From: the human T2T-CHM13v2.0 reference genome, Homo sapiens
NCBI RefSeq assembly: GCF_009914755.1
Contig: NC_060926.1
Length of the DNA stretch: 64,000 bases
Direction: 5' to 3' (one strand)
A program made the translations under genes and the position numbers. Shown piece by piece: positions 15,720 to 30,240 of this stretch; the first letter of the stretch is position 1; the number at the start of each line of letters is the position of its first letter. The notes under the pieces were generated by a model. That model was not told where the DNA came from and did not search any database. It saw only the letters and a list, made by a program, of their open reading frames with translations.

Positions 15720-16733
15720 GAGGGTTCAGGACACACTATTGCCAAATATGGCATCTTGGCATTTGAGAAAACCACAGAAGCAGGAAGGTCACTCTCTCAA
15801 CTTCTCTTGGCCCTCTCCCTGAAGCAGGCCATAAAACCCAGGAAGGAGTTTCTGACTGTATTAGTCAGGGTTCTCTAGAGGGACAGAACTAATAGGATAG
15901 ATGTACATATAAAGGGGAGTTTATTAAGGAATATTGACTCACATGTTCACAAGGTGAAGTCCCACAATAGGCCATCTGCCAGCTGAGGAGCAAGGAAGCC
16001 AGTCCAACTCCCAAAATCTCAAAAGTAGGGATGCAGACAGTCCAGACTTCAATCTGTGGTCAAAGGTCCAAGAGTCCAAAAGCTGAAGAACTTGGAGTCT
16101 GATGTTCAAGGGCAGGAGGAACCCAGCACAGGAGAAAGATGTAGCCTGGAAGACTAAGCCAGTCTAGTCTTTCTATGTTCCTCTGCCTGCTTTTATCCTA
16201 GCTGCGCTGGCAGCTTTGGGTGGTGCCCACCCAGATTGAGGGTGGGTCTGCGTCTCCCAGTTCACTGGCTCAAATATTAATCTCCTTTGTCAACACCCTC
16301 ATGGACACACCCAGGAACAATATTTTGCGTCCTTCAATCCAATCAAGTCGACACTCGATATTAACCATCACACTGACCTTCCTCTGAAGCAGATCATAAG
16401 ACCCTCATTCAAGAGGTGCCCTTTCTGTACTGGGAGTAAAGAACATCCTTATCTCTGAAGACACAGTGTCACTGAGTTTTCTCCCAGTTTATGACCATTA
16501 GATCACACTTTTTAATCCAATCATACTTCCCTATGACTATCCACATTTTCTTCCAACCTAGCACAAAATATACACAAGTTTACCCATTTTGCGGGAGGGG
16601 TCTTCATTTCCTCGCATGTCATGTAAAACTTACTACTTTCATAGGCTTTTCCCTTGTTAATCTATTTTTTGTCATAGGGGCCTCAGCCATGAACCTAGCG
16701 ATTGATGATGAAAATATATTTCTTCTCCTCTAC
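15720..16733 (+). mobile_element. ERV1 solo LTR (MER34/MER39-like), interrupted by MLT2A
   Basis: Starts TGAGGGTTCAGGACAC..CCAAATATGGC, ends CTCCTCTACA; sequence is continuous across the nested insert. Confidence 0.6.
15857..16372 (-). mobile_element. MLT2A solo LTR (ERVL)
   Basis: TGTATTAGTCAGGGTTCTCTAGAGGGACAGAAC...ATTAACCATCACA; 5-bp TSD CTGAC at 15852-15856 and 16373-16377. Confidence 0.9.
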
Positions 16734-16810
16734 AGCATCAATTCCCCTACCCATTTGTTCTTTTATAGTCACTTTGAGTGCACCGTGATTCTTCTTGGCA
16801 GCTTTCTTGT

Positions 16811-17581
<771 letters not shown>

Positions 17582-17637
17582 TAAAGCATTTTCAGAATTA
17601 CTCGTGATGGCAAAAATATTACAAATGCCCTAGATAT

Positions 17638-17976
17638 TGTCTTAGTCAATTCGAACTGGTATAACAAAAATACTACAAACTGTGTGGCTTGTAAACAACA
17701 AACATTTATTTCTCACTGTTATGGAGGCTGGCAAGATCAAGGCACTGGTAGATTTAGTATCTAGTGAGGGCATGTTTTCTGATTCACAGGGAGTATCTTC
17801 TCATTGTGGGAGAGGCAAGCAAGTTCCCTTGGGCTTGTTTTATAGGGGTACTAATCCCATTCTTGAGGACAGAGCCCTCATGACCTAACCACCTCCCAAA
17901 GGCTCTACCTCTTAACCTTAGAGTTTAGGATTTTAACATATGTGTTTGGTGGGACACAAGCATTCAAACTATGGCA
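17638..17976 (-). mobile_element. MLT1A-like MaLR LTR
   Basis: TGTCTTAGTC..AACATTTATTTCTCAC..CCCTCATGACCTAACCACCTCCCAAAGG..CAAACTATGGCA. Confidence 0.8.
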
Positions 17977-19101
17977 CATGTCAAATAGAAAAAAATAATA
18001 CTGTAACTGTAAGTCAAAGGACAGCAAGAACAAGGATATAGTGGCCTTAGGATAAAGTTACTTATAAGTGAAGAAGGAAAAGGACTTTAACCGGGAGTCT
18101 GTGGCTCTCATTCAATGGAGCTTCTCCACAGTTTTAATTTTCAGAGACTATAACAGGAAACACCAGACAACGAGGTAGTTAGAATTTCCAGATGGGAAAC
18201 TATAGCAGGTCATTTTTAGACCAAAAAATCCTGCATCTTTCCTTTTAAGGAAAATAAAACTCCTTCAGTATGAAGCAGTGGTAGACAAAGCTCATTATTA
18301 GGTTATAAATTTTAAAAAACTTATTAGGATCCTCAAGCCAGGAATCTAAAAGTACAGTCTCCCTTCCCCCTGCAGACATATTTATTGGCATCTATAGTGA
18401 AAAAAAAAAAGGCTTCTGAGAGTCCCAAATGTATCCAAATAAGCAGTTAAGAATACACAATGTGCATATGCCACATCAAAAGAGGTATTGTAATTTAAGG
18501 ACTGTGGGGTAAAAATAAAACCCAAATCTGCCACAGTTGCATAGAAATGTGTTTAATCCTCTGTCTGAGTTATTTGGTATGAAACATCGCCCAGCCCCCA
18601 CAAACCTTGACACAAACCTTGGTGGAAAGTTAGCGAGGCCACTCGGTTCCTACAGGCTCTGTGGTAGGGTTAGCCAGTCTTCAGCCCCCTCCCAGGGCTA
18701 CCACACTTCACATAAACTCATCTGACTTTAAAGAAATGTTATGCAGACAGACAGATTGTTTGTTTGCACTTGTATTTCTGAAATGGAGACACTCCTGCTC
18801 ACTTTAAAGTCACAGCAGAAAGCTTCACTGCAAAGAACAGAACCAGGGAAATCTCACATATACCTCATAAAGGGACTCCTGTAGGCATAATAGAGTCCCC
18901 CCTCTTTGGATATATAGCTATATTTCAGACAAGTCAGGAACTCTGGGTCCATGAGGCCTCCACATGGTGCTTAGAGAAACCTGGGGAGTTTTCCCAAAAA
19001 TTATATTCGTCATGCTTCAGTGCCAAGTGAGTGATTTTTTTTTAGTTCCAATTGCACATGCATATAATGATCATAATGCTAAGTAAAAATTATTGACATA
19101 C

Positions 19102-19617
19102 CAATAGAGCTAAAACTGGTCTTCTCCACACTTTCACATGTTTATTAAACATCTACTTCATGCCAGACCTTGTACTGACTCAAACAGAAATGTGAAAAGA
19201 GCATGCATGTGGAGCACTGATGAAGTCACAAAGGCTAGACAGTGGGTGCTAGATGAGAATGGCAAAATTCGAGGAGGGAACTCAGAAGCATTGCAATGGA
19301 ATCAAACTTAACAAAGTGATTATGGCCAAAAGTCAAAAAGCAAGGCAAAAAAGTCTCAAAAAGTTTCATCGCCCTTGAAAATCTTTTATGAATGTGCCAT
19401 GTTGGTACCATGTGCCATCTCTCAATAAATTCTTCCCAGGCAGGCTTTTCTCCCACCTTTGTGGAGAAGGCTGTTCCTTCAGTTGAGTACCAGATGAAAA
19501 GAATTGGCTTCCACTTTGAATTCATGGTGTACTAGGAGTACATCTGTTGAAACACTGGCATTCCATTCAGTGTGGTGAGATGTCCACCCCATGAAAGGCC
19601 TGAAAAAACTGTCAAGT
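19102..19617 (+). repeat. Long inverted repeat, left arm
   Basis: Reverse complement aligns along its length with 20518-20775 + 21080-21241 + 21673-21788. Confidence 0.93.
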
Positions 19618-19900
19618 AAGGTGACAGAGATGGAAAGGAGAGATTTAGAGAAAAAATGTAGGTGATAAAATTGACAGCCCTCTTAAGCCTTTGTGACAAT
19701 ATCCAACGCTATGTCCTCTATCCCTCCCTTATATACCTCCTCCAAGCTACAACTCACCATTCTAAATCACTAATCTGATAATGGTAAACGCCTTTAAACA
19801 CTTATGGCCAAACAATAATCTTCACACTTTCAGCTTTGATTTTCTAAAAGTCAAATATTAATGCCTGACAGAAGAATCAAGAGTAACAAAATTGCAATTT

Positions 19901-20102
19901 TTTTATTTTATTTTACTTTTATTATTATTATTATTATTATTTTGAGTGGGGGACAGGGTCTTGTGCTCTGTTACCCAGGCTGGAGTGCAGTGACACAATG
20001 ATAGCTCACTGTAACCTGGAACTCCTGGGCTCAAGGGATCCTCCTACCTCAGCCTCCCAAGTAGCTAGGACTATAGGCGAGTGCCACCACACCTGGCTAA
20101 TT
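19901..20102 (-). mobile_element. Alu right arm (AluJ/FRAM-like)
   Basis: (ATT)n tail; AACTCCTGGGCTCAAG; TSD AAAATTGCAATTT. Confidence 0.85.
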
Positions 20103-20118
20103 AATAAAATTGCAATTT

Positions 20119-20403
20119 GAGTCTTGCTGTGTCACTCAGCCTGGAGCACAGTGGTGCAATCTCATCTCACTGCAGCCTCCGCCCCATCGGGTTCAAGAAA
20201 CTCTTGTGCCTCAGCCTCCAGGATAGATGGGATTACAGGTGCCCACCACCACGCCCGGCTAATTTTTGTATTTTTAGTAGAGATGGGATTTCATCATGTT
20301 GGTCAGGCTGGTCTCGAACTCCTGACCTCAGGTGATCCACCCCCCGTTGGCTGTTCAAAGTGCTGGATTATTGGATTACAGGCGTGAGCCACCGCACCCT
20401 GCC
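20119..20403 (-). mobile_element. AluS lacking its poly(A) tail
   Basis: Dimer starts GAGTCTTGCTGTGTC directly after TSD AAAATTGCAATTT; AAAATGGCAATTT at 20404-20416. Confidence 0.88.
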
Positions 20404-20775
20404 AAAATGGCAATTTAAATGTTGAAATACTGTAGGCAAAACTTAAACATTTCATTTTACTAAGTGAGAGCATGTCCTAAAGTGAGAAGAAGATGGGAAA
20501 TGTAACTTGCTCTTTCACTCAACAATCTCTTCAGGACTTTCATGGTGTGAACATCTCACGACACTGAATGGAATGTCAGCCAGTGTTTCAACAGATGTAT
20601 TTCTGGTACCCCATGAATTCAAAATGGAAGCCATTTTTTTTCATCTGGTAGTCAACTGAAGGAACAGCCTTCTCCACAAAGGTGGGAGAAAAGCCTGCCT
20701 GGGATGAATTTATTGAGAGATGGCACATGGTACCAACATGGAGCCTTCATGAAAAATTTTCAAGGGCAATGAAAC

Positions 20776-21095
<320 letters not shown>

Positions 21096-21241
21096 TGAGA
21101 AGTTTTTGCCTTGCTCTCTGACTTTTGGCCATAATCACTTGGCTAAGTTGAGATTCACTGCAATGCTTCTGAGTTCCCTCCTCGAATTTTGCCATTCTCC
21201 TCTAGCACCCACCGTCTAGCTGCTGTGACTTCCTAAGTACT

Positions 21242-21672
21242 TGATATGGTTTGGATCTGTGTCCCATGTCACAGATCCGTCTAAATTTCATGTTAAGTTA
21301 TAATACCCAGTGCTGGATGTGAGCCCTGGTGGGAGGTGATTCGATCATGGTGGCAGAGTTCTCATGAATGGGTTACCACCATCGCCTCCCTGGGTGCTTT
21401 CCTCGTGATAGTGAGTGAGTGTGTTATTGTGAGATCTGGTTGTTTTAAAGCGTTTAGCGCCTCTGTCCTCTCTCTCTTCCTCCTGCTCTGGCCACACCCT
21501 CGCTTCCCCTTTGCCTTCCACCATGACTAAAAGCTCCCTGAAGCCTCTCCAGAAGCAGAAGCCACTATGCTTCCTGTACAGCCTGCAGAACCATGAGCCA
21601 ATTAAACCTCTTTTCTTTACAAATTACCCCGTCTCGCATTTCTTTATAGCAGTACAGGAACAGACTAATGCA
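21242..21672 (+). mobile_element. MSTA-like MaLR solo LTR
   Basis: TGATATGGTTTGGATCTGTGTCCC...CAGACTAATGCA; degenerate 5-bp TSD GTACT/GTGTT. Confidence 0.9.
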
Positions 21673-22758
21673 GTGTTCCATATGCGTATTATTTTCAAAC
21701 TTCTGTTTGAGTCGATACAAGGTCTGGCATAAAGTAGGTGTTTAATAAACATGTGAAAGTGTAGAGAAGACCAATTTTAGCTCCATTGCTATTACTCTGC
21801 AATAAAACAGAGGTAATGAAGATGGAAAGCAAAGATTTAGAGAGAAAATGTAGGTGGAAGAATTGACAGGATTTAGTGATTACTAAGATAAAAAGGATGA
21901 AGCTGGAAAAAGTAGAAGTTAGAATAAGGTTGGTTTTTGACAGGATATGTAAAATTCAATGTCATTCTTGAAAACAACTTATAACTTGAGTTGGTAACCC
22001 AGAGCACATATAAAAAAACTTGAGATTGATGATGTGGACTGTACAATAGTGTTTTCCCCAATATCTCTACTGTGAAGGACATAAATTAGGAATGATGATT
22101 TATTTGTCTGTCAAATTTTGAATGTTGTTATCACTTGAAGCTCTGAAATGCTTTTTTTAAGCAGGATTAATTTTGATAACAAGGATAGCAAACTGGTACA
22201 TGCAGGTACAGTGCTGGTGGCTGACTGTCCTTGGGACAACATGTTTCCCACAGAAGCCTGCAATTGACAGATCAGTGATCTACAGATTCCACCAGGTACA
22301 ACAGAATCCTGCAAGAAGTGATTAGGGTCAAAGGTCTTCATTGTTGTGTGTATTATGGCACTTTCATAAAAACAAAAATGTCAGTCCTGACTCAAATTTA
22401 AGGAGACATGCCATAATAGGGGTTAATGGGGGTTTCCTTTCACCGTGACTTATTTTTAGCATGATATTGAATCCTTTAGGACTAGAACCTGCTATATACT
22501 TATGGGGAATTAAAAAAAATAAAAAAAAGTTTTATCTTATCATTCTGACTGGTAAAACTTAATACTACCTGTATTATATGTATTGAAAACTATATCTTCA
22601 TTCCTGCTCTAGGTGGGCCCATCTAGGAGGGAGTGTGTGTCAGTGTGTTTGCGGCATTGTATATTATAGTCAACTGAAATTAATTATGTTTGTTCAGCTT
22701 ATTTCTAGCTCTTCAGTGGTTTTAGCTAAAGAAACATGAATGGCTATATCTTATATTA

Positions 22759-23148
<390 letters not shown>

Positions 23149-24429
23149 TTACATAATTTCCCTAAGGTAAAACTTGCCATGGATTTATTCTTCTCACTAT
23201 TATTATACATGGTATAACATTATTGTTAAGTTCTAAGATACATGTCTTTTTAGTAATGACTAACATTTACTATCTAATCATATTATAAAAACTTTTAAAA
23301 AATAGACAATTCAGCTAAGCAGTAGTTATAATAATAGATTACATTACTCTCTAAATTAATAAAAGATGGCTAAAATTTAAGAACATAAACAACACCTTTA
23401 CCTTTGAGGAATATTAAACAGCTGAAATAAAACAAATCTATCGTTATAATGCACCAAATTGTTTTTTATTTTAGCAGGCCTGCTTATATTAAAATCTGTG
23501 TAACACATAAAAAAATTATCAATTTGGCTATAGTGACTATACTACATTCAAGTATACATTCTCTTTCAATGATTTAAAGTGGCATTGTATTAACTCTATA
23601 ATTATATACACTATGTGTGCAATAATTCCCAGGTATACCTAATTTTGATTTCCACCATTTTAGAAAGAATGCACCCCAGGCCTGAAGTAAAACTCTCTTC
23701 AGGGTAAAGTGCCTTTCTGGAATATTCAAGTTCAATGGGAATGTTGGAGAAATGTCTAGTATTTGCTCAATAACTGCACATTCAAAAATAGTTAGTTTTG
23801 GCCAAAGCTTTATTAAGAAAAAACCCACACATATGTAAGGAAAGACACAAGCTAGAAACATGTGAACACACTGAGAACTTTTCCCAGTGCATTGGCCCCT
23901 GGCAGTGAGACCACGGAGGCCACTTGGGAGGGTGCAGGAAGCCTCCCAAGGACAGAGCACAAGGCCGCATTTCTCCTGAACTCAGGCAAGTTGTGTGTTT
24001 TCCCTGAAAATCTGGACCCAACTCTCGGCTTCTTCCTCCAAGGATTCCATACTCTAAGTTTTCTCTGTAATGCTAGAAGTTGGCCTGGATTTCCAACATT
24101 TCAACATTCCTCATTAAAGGAGGATTGTCTTTATCAAGCTGGCAGATGGTGCTGCGGCAGAGTCTGCTTCAAACTAAAATGTGTTTGTGAGGCCTTCTCT
24201 GTCGAAGATTTATCATAAGAAGCAAATGCACAAGGCGCACCTTCCATGGCAAGAAAGTTGGTGGGTGACAGGTCATGAATGAGGTAGAGAGAGTGATAGA
24301 GATAGGGGAAGAGACAGGTAGAGAAAGGTGGAGATAAACACAGGGCTCAGATTACGACTCGCAGGTTTTTCCAGCTTGAAGTCCTGCTGTATGTTTTCTT
24401 CGGGAGCCAGTCAAGGTCAGTGGTTCCTA

Positions 24430-24650
24430 CCAGAGAACCGAAGTCCAACAGACTTTATCTTGAATCCCTACGCTGCCACTTATAGAAGGGCAAGGTCTTT
24501 AACTTTTTTATGCTTCAGTTTTCTAATACACAAACTGGGGACAACATAACCCTCCCAAAGGGATATTGTCAGGACTGTATAATAATGTATTTAAAGAGAT
24601 TATTATACAACTGGCATTGGCACAGTATAAGATTTCAGCAAATTACATTA
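24430..24650 (+). mobile_element. MIR fragment
   Basis: TTGAATCCC..CTGCCACTTA..GGGCAAG..CTTCAGTTTTCT core. Confidence 0.6.
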
Positions 24651-25287
24651 TGTCATTAATGTAAGTCAATTGAGTTTATATCTATCTCAGGTATTGGAGA
24701 TGTAAATTAAATTATTTTTATAGAGTGCTGGCCCAAATATTACTGATTTTGGTGGCCTCAGAGATGCAGCTCGCTAGATTGTGCTGTTAATACAGCATAA
24801 AAACACTAGATCAATTGGTTTCTATTTGGGGCAAAACTTTAATTTTGGACTTAGTGACAGTTAAAGATTTTGTTTTCAAATAGTCTACACTGAGTTTCAA
24901 ATACCAGCATTAAGGTTAAGTTTATCTCCTTTTTGGTCTTACCATAACTCTACAGGCTAAGTAAACATTCTGATAAGAAAGTAGTCTCTAAAATGTGGAG
25001 GCTGCAAGCTAGCACTTGACCCGAGGGGTGGGTGATAGTGTTCTTCCTCACCCCTACTGATGATATCCTTTCCGCATCTGTCTGCGGAATTAACATCAGG
25101 ATACCTACCTTCAAGCTGTCCTAGAACTGTCAGCTATGGTCTTAGCTGAAAGTAAATCTTTGTTTCTCAATAAAGCACCCCTGAAAAGCGAAAGACTTTA
25201 AGAGCCAATGGAAGCCATCTTTAATTGTAATATTTTAGCTAAGTGTGTGGCCAGAAAGTCCTCTAGGAATAGCCTTCTTAGAACTCT

Positions 25288-25647
<360 letters not shown>

Positions 25648-25849
25648 TTATATTCCTATAGTCATTTACCTAAGGCTGACAATACTGGGGTAAAACAGAA
25701 AATCTTTAGGGAGTAGGACCTGAGACATCTCAAAAGCAATTAGAAATATAAAATAAATTTGTGACAAAATTCTTCTTTTCACCTCTTCAACTAACTTTTC
25801 TACAAATGAAAGAAAAGCAATAAATTTATTTCTTGAGAAAGGCATTGTT

Positions 25850-26460
25850 AGTGGCAAGTTTTGGCAAGGATATAGAGCAATTAGAGCTCTCATACACTGG
25901 TGGTAAAGGTGTAAACTGGTACAATCACTTTGGGAAATTGTTGGGCAGTGTCTACTAAAACTAAATTACAAATATTCTATGACTCAGCAATTCTACTCCG
26001 CCAGTGATACATACATATGCCTGACAAAACATGTGCAAAAATGTTTCCTTTATGCATAATAGATAAAAATTGACAATAACACAAATGTCGACAGTAGAAT
26101 GGATAAATAAATTTGGTATTTACATAATGGAATACTTTGTCAATAAAAAAAAAACTATTACTACATATAATACAAGAGATGACTTTCATGAATATAACAT
26201 TGAGCAAAAGAATCCAGACCAAAGAGCACATACCATATGATCCACTTTACCTAAAGTTTAAAACCAGGCAAGTCAGAACAGTGGCTATTCTTAGTGGGAC
26301 AGTGACTGGAAAGGGCAACAAAGTGGGAGGGGACTTGGTAACATTTTGTTCCTTGACTTGGGTGTTTGGTTATATGGATGTGACCACATTATGAACATGG
26401 ATCCAGGTGTACACTTATGATTTGTGCACTTGCGAGCATCTATGTTATACTTCAAAAAAA
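25850..26460 (+). mobile_element. Old L1M (L1ME/MD-like) 3' end
   Basis: GTGTAAACTGGTACAATCACTTTGG, TATGACTCAGCAATTCTACTCC, ..TATGTTATACTTCAAAAAAA. Confidence 0.75.
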
Positions 26461-26973
26461 CACAGCAAAACAAAATGACTCATACAAAAACTAGAAAAAG
26501 TAGACTATGGTTTGGAAAGCCACTTTGCTAGTTCTTCCAGTTCTCTGAGAAGAAACATTAGAAGCAATTTTAGATGACCTGGGTTCTACTGTAAACATTT
26601 GAGGAAGTCACCTTTCCTCTCTTGGCCTCATTTTCCTTTTCTGTAAGAAGAAGGATGTCACTAAAGGGTCCCTAAGATTTCTCTGTGTTAGAACCGTGGC
26701 TCTAACACAGGTATACTGACCTCAAAACCAGCACACTTAACTACCAAACTTGTTGCCTCTTAGATTGGACATGAGGAAGCAGATCACACTTTTGAAGTTT
26801 TCTCAAAGGTAAAGCCCACTTCTTCCTTAGGAAGATTCTTGGACAGTGTGATGGAAAACAACATTAGGACGAATCCCTAGAAAGTGATTTTTTCTCTGGT
26901 AGTCTGTATCCTGTCAATGTTGGATCTCATTAAGCAATAAGCCCTTGAAGAGAATTTATCCTAATTCTAAAAC

Positions 26974-27654
26974 CAGTTGAGCATCCCTCAGCCAAACATT
27001 TCAAGTCTGCAATGATCCAAAACCCAAAACTTTTTGAATGCCAACATGTTACCACAAATGGAAAATTTCACACCTGATCTCATTCGATGGGTTGCAGTCA
27101 AAACACAGGTGTACAACACACCGTTTATTCAGCATCCCCAAGGGAAAAAAAACCCTCCTATCCCCCTTCAGCTTCGATATATCTTTTCTGCTCATGCCCA
27201 GATTACCCCACACAAGTACATCCACCAAGGGTAACAGAAGGACCCATGTGCCAGCCGGATGCATCAACAGGGGGTTCCTGCACAATGTCCCCACATGGGG
27301 CCCAAACCTAGGTGCATCGCTCACTGTTTTTTTGTTAGTTTGGTTGTTTATTCTTTGCACTGTGGTGTAAAGATACTGTCGAAAATGTCAAAAAGGACTA
27401 CAGGTACTCCTGCGAGTAACAGTGTTATGAAAGAGGAAGCATTTATGTTTATCTATACCACAGAAAATCAAGCTGTTGGAGAAACTGCATAGCAGTGCAG
27501 GTATGTATAACATGTATATGAAACATAAATGAATTTCATGATTAGATGCAGGTCCCATCCCCAAGACAGCTCATTACATACATGCAAATATTCCAAAATC
27601 CAAAATCTGAAACACTTCTGTCCCAGGCATTTTGGATAAGGGATACTCAACCTG
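26974..27654. mobile_element. Tigger4/MER46-type DNA transposon deletion derivative
   Basis: Terminal inverted repeats CAGTTGAGCATCCCT ... AGGGATACTCAACCTG. Confidence 0.8.
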
Positions 27655-28639
27655 CAGACATGAGATGGTTTAAATCAAGACTTAGAATTCAGGCAATCAA
27701 CCTAAAGACACTGTGGCCTTAAGTGAGCTGTTCTGAGGGGGTTGTTCTTGAAGTTGCCAAATGAAGCCCTTGGATTTTTGGTTGCCTGCTGCATCTGACC
27801 TCCTGGCTGGGGTTATCAATATCCCCTTGCCAACTAAACTCTACTGAGGAGGTCTGAACCGAAATTAAAGGCAAATAGTTTAAATGAGGCTTTTTTTATT
27901 ATGCTAACCACATCCTTCTCTGGACCAAAAGCTTCCCTAAATTGGGACTCTTGTTTAGAGATGGCATTGCCCCTAGCTCAGCATGGAGAAGAAGGAAGAA
28001 CCATGTTTTAACAGGCTCCCTTCCCTAGCCCCTCTCTTCTTACCTTGGGACAATGTAGAAAAGTTATTAGGATGGAAAATGTTTTGCTGAAACTTTTGTG
28101 CATATCGTTTCTGAGAATTTTCCAAAATAGTAAAGGGATGCTGACTTCCCACTAGGACTCAATAGAGTGTAGCAAATCAAAAAATTTTCCGAAAGGCATT
28201 TTCCTACCACTCATCCGACCACATTTCCCACCCCGCAGAGAAGTATTGTGGCTGCAGGCAGAATCGGATCTGAGATTCTCACACAGAAATAGGTAAGTTT
28301 TCAAACCTTCAAAGGAGAAAAGAGCAGATAAAAAGTCTACTGTTGCAGATTTTGGAGTGGGGAGGGATGGGGTGTATGAGATAACAAGGAAAGAATAGAC
28401 ATGTAATCAGGAACGAAACAAACTCACTTACTTTGTGTAGTTGAGTAGGGATGGGGTGACATCAGCTCTCTGATGAGTGTGGAGAATGACTTCTTGAGCA
28501 ATACAGAGAACAGTTTCAGATTCTACTCCCAGTGATCTGCGGGTCTTGTCTAATCAGGGAAACTTTATTTTTCATCATTCCTTACTGAGCTGTGACACAT
28601 GAAAATAATTACTGAGGTTAGAGATGGAAAATATTTATT

Positions 28640-30240
28640 AGGTCAGCTCGACCATCCTCTCCGCTATGGAGGCGGGCTCCCTGCTGGGCCTGGAAGACGG
28701 AGCTGTGTCTTCCAGGCATGTCACAACCTGGCATGTCCCCGTCTCCCAGCATCTAAAACGCAGGTTATCCATCCCTGCAGGGTCTCTGCTGTGTCTATGA
28801 TCAGCCAAGGAGGAGAAAGAAGAAGACAGGAATACGTAATCCAGCCACAGGAACGCCTGGCTCTGAGCCAGCGGCCAACTATTCAAATGGGTAGTTGTTG
28901 GATCTGGCTTTAGAAGGTTGAGCTCCAACACCTCCTTGGGACACTCCATTACCGGCTGCTTATATGAGAGGTGCAGGAGGCCATGGCTAAGGCTGGGAAG
29001 CCTTTGAATGGGTTGTGTCCTGTGCTCATCCTTTGTCTTTGAGTAAGGCCTGGCTCCTGGGAGCTGTTGCTCAGTAGCACTTGCCGGGGTGCCTGCATGC
29101 CCCACTGGCTGTTAGTCAAGGGGAGAGACCCTGTTCCCTCTCGGCTGGCCTGGTGGAGTCACTCCCCCTGAGCCTTCTTCCTTTCTGGCTGTTTTTCTTC
29201 TGCTTGGCTTCGAGCTTGCTGACATTGAACCGTTCCTAAAGAGACCAGGGCAGCACTTAGCAGTCTAAAGGTGGTTTCTTCAGAGCCATAGAGACAGGGC
29301 CGCCTCCTGTGCTAGGCTCTCCAAATAAACGGCTCTCCTCAAACCCCCACAGCTCCAGTCTGTGCGCCCTTGTTTCATGCGGAAGTCTGGGGCTGGAGGT
29401 TCTCTACAGGACTCAGAGGCACTTAATATGTGTAAAATCTTGCTCTCCGCCGAACTCCACTGCCCCCGGGAGCGGGGAGTGCAAGGGCCAAGGAGGCTTC
29501 CATCGCCTCAAAATCGCCTCCCACATCGACAAGGAGCTTTAGGACCCCACACAGAACTGGTCTCAGAAAACAGCCCAAAGAATGGATTCAAATTCCTATC
29601 CAAGCTCCAGAACACCTAATGGGAAAACGGAGCACACGTTGCTATAAAATCAAGGAAGTGACTGAGGGAGAAGGTTATAATGATTGAAGGGATGCACGTC
29701 GAGGGCCAGAGTTGCTTGTACAGGTGGTGGAGGGCGAGGAAAAGCGTCCACGGAAAGACAAATGATCCATACAGTCTGCTTGTCCACGGACAAGACGGGC
29801 CTACACGGGATGTTTTTAGGGTAACTGAAAACCGTCTACAATCCTCCTGAGTAACTGCAGAGGTCTGTGGAGAGGGAGATCTTTTACTGGCGCTAGATTG
29901 GGCCCTGATGTTACCACAAGCTGTTTACATCCTTCAGGTCTGCCAGGCAGGGGAAGCGATAACTGAGCCCTCAGCTCCGCACTGAGACTCTGTGTTTGGT
30001 GGTGAGTGGGGTTTTACATAACACATCTTCTCACAGAACTTTGAATGTGCTGCATATTAGTTAGGTCGCATTAGGGGTCTCTTCACTCCCACGTCCACTT
30101 CCGCGGCCCAGACGTGAGCGCCCAGTGGCCTGGACATCCTCCACACACGTCAGCAGGGAGCACCGCGTCCCGGGGAGCAACGTCCTCACGGGGAACTGAG
30201 GCAGGTGTCTGAGGCCATGTCCACACTTCACTAAAATAAC
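28640..30240. promoter_or_regulatory. CpG/GC-enriched unique segment; candidate promoter or enhancer
   Basis: Many CpGs outside repeats against a CpG-poor background; ETS cores GCGGAAGT 29379-29386 and ACTTCCGC 30097-30104; ACGT/CRE-like cores; reverse CCAAT near 29897. Confidence 0.5.

Noticed and set aside
19235-19525. 96-aa ORF in the left inverted-repeat arm
   Set aside because: No recognisable domain; the same frame in the right arm has TAG at 20649-20651 and an Alu insertion, so coding does not explain the arm identity.
28599-29105. 104-aa and 155-aa ORFs in the GC-rich region, possible retrocopy
   Set aside because: No protein similarity I recognise and no poly(A) or TSD; long ORFs are expected in GC-richer DNA.
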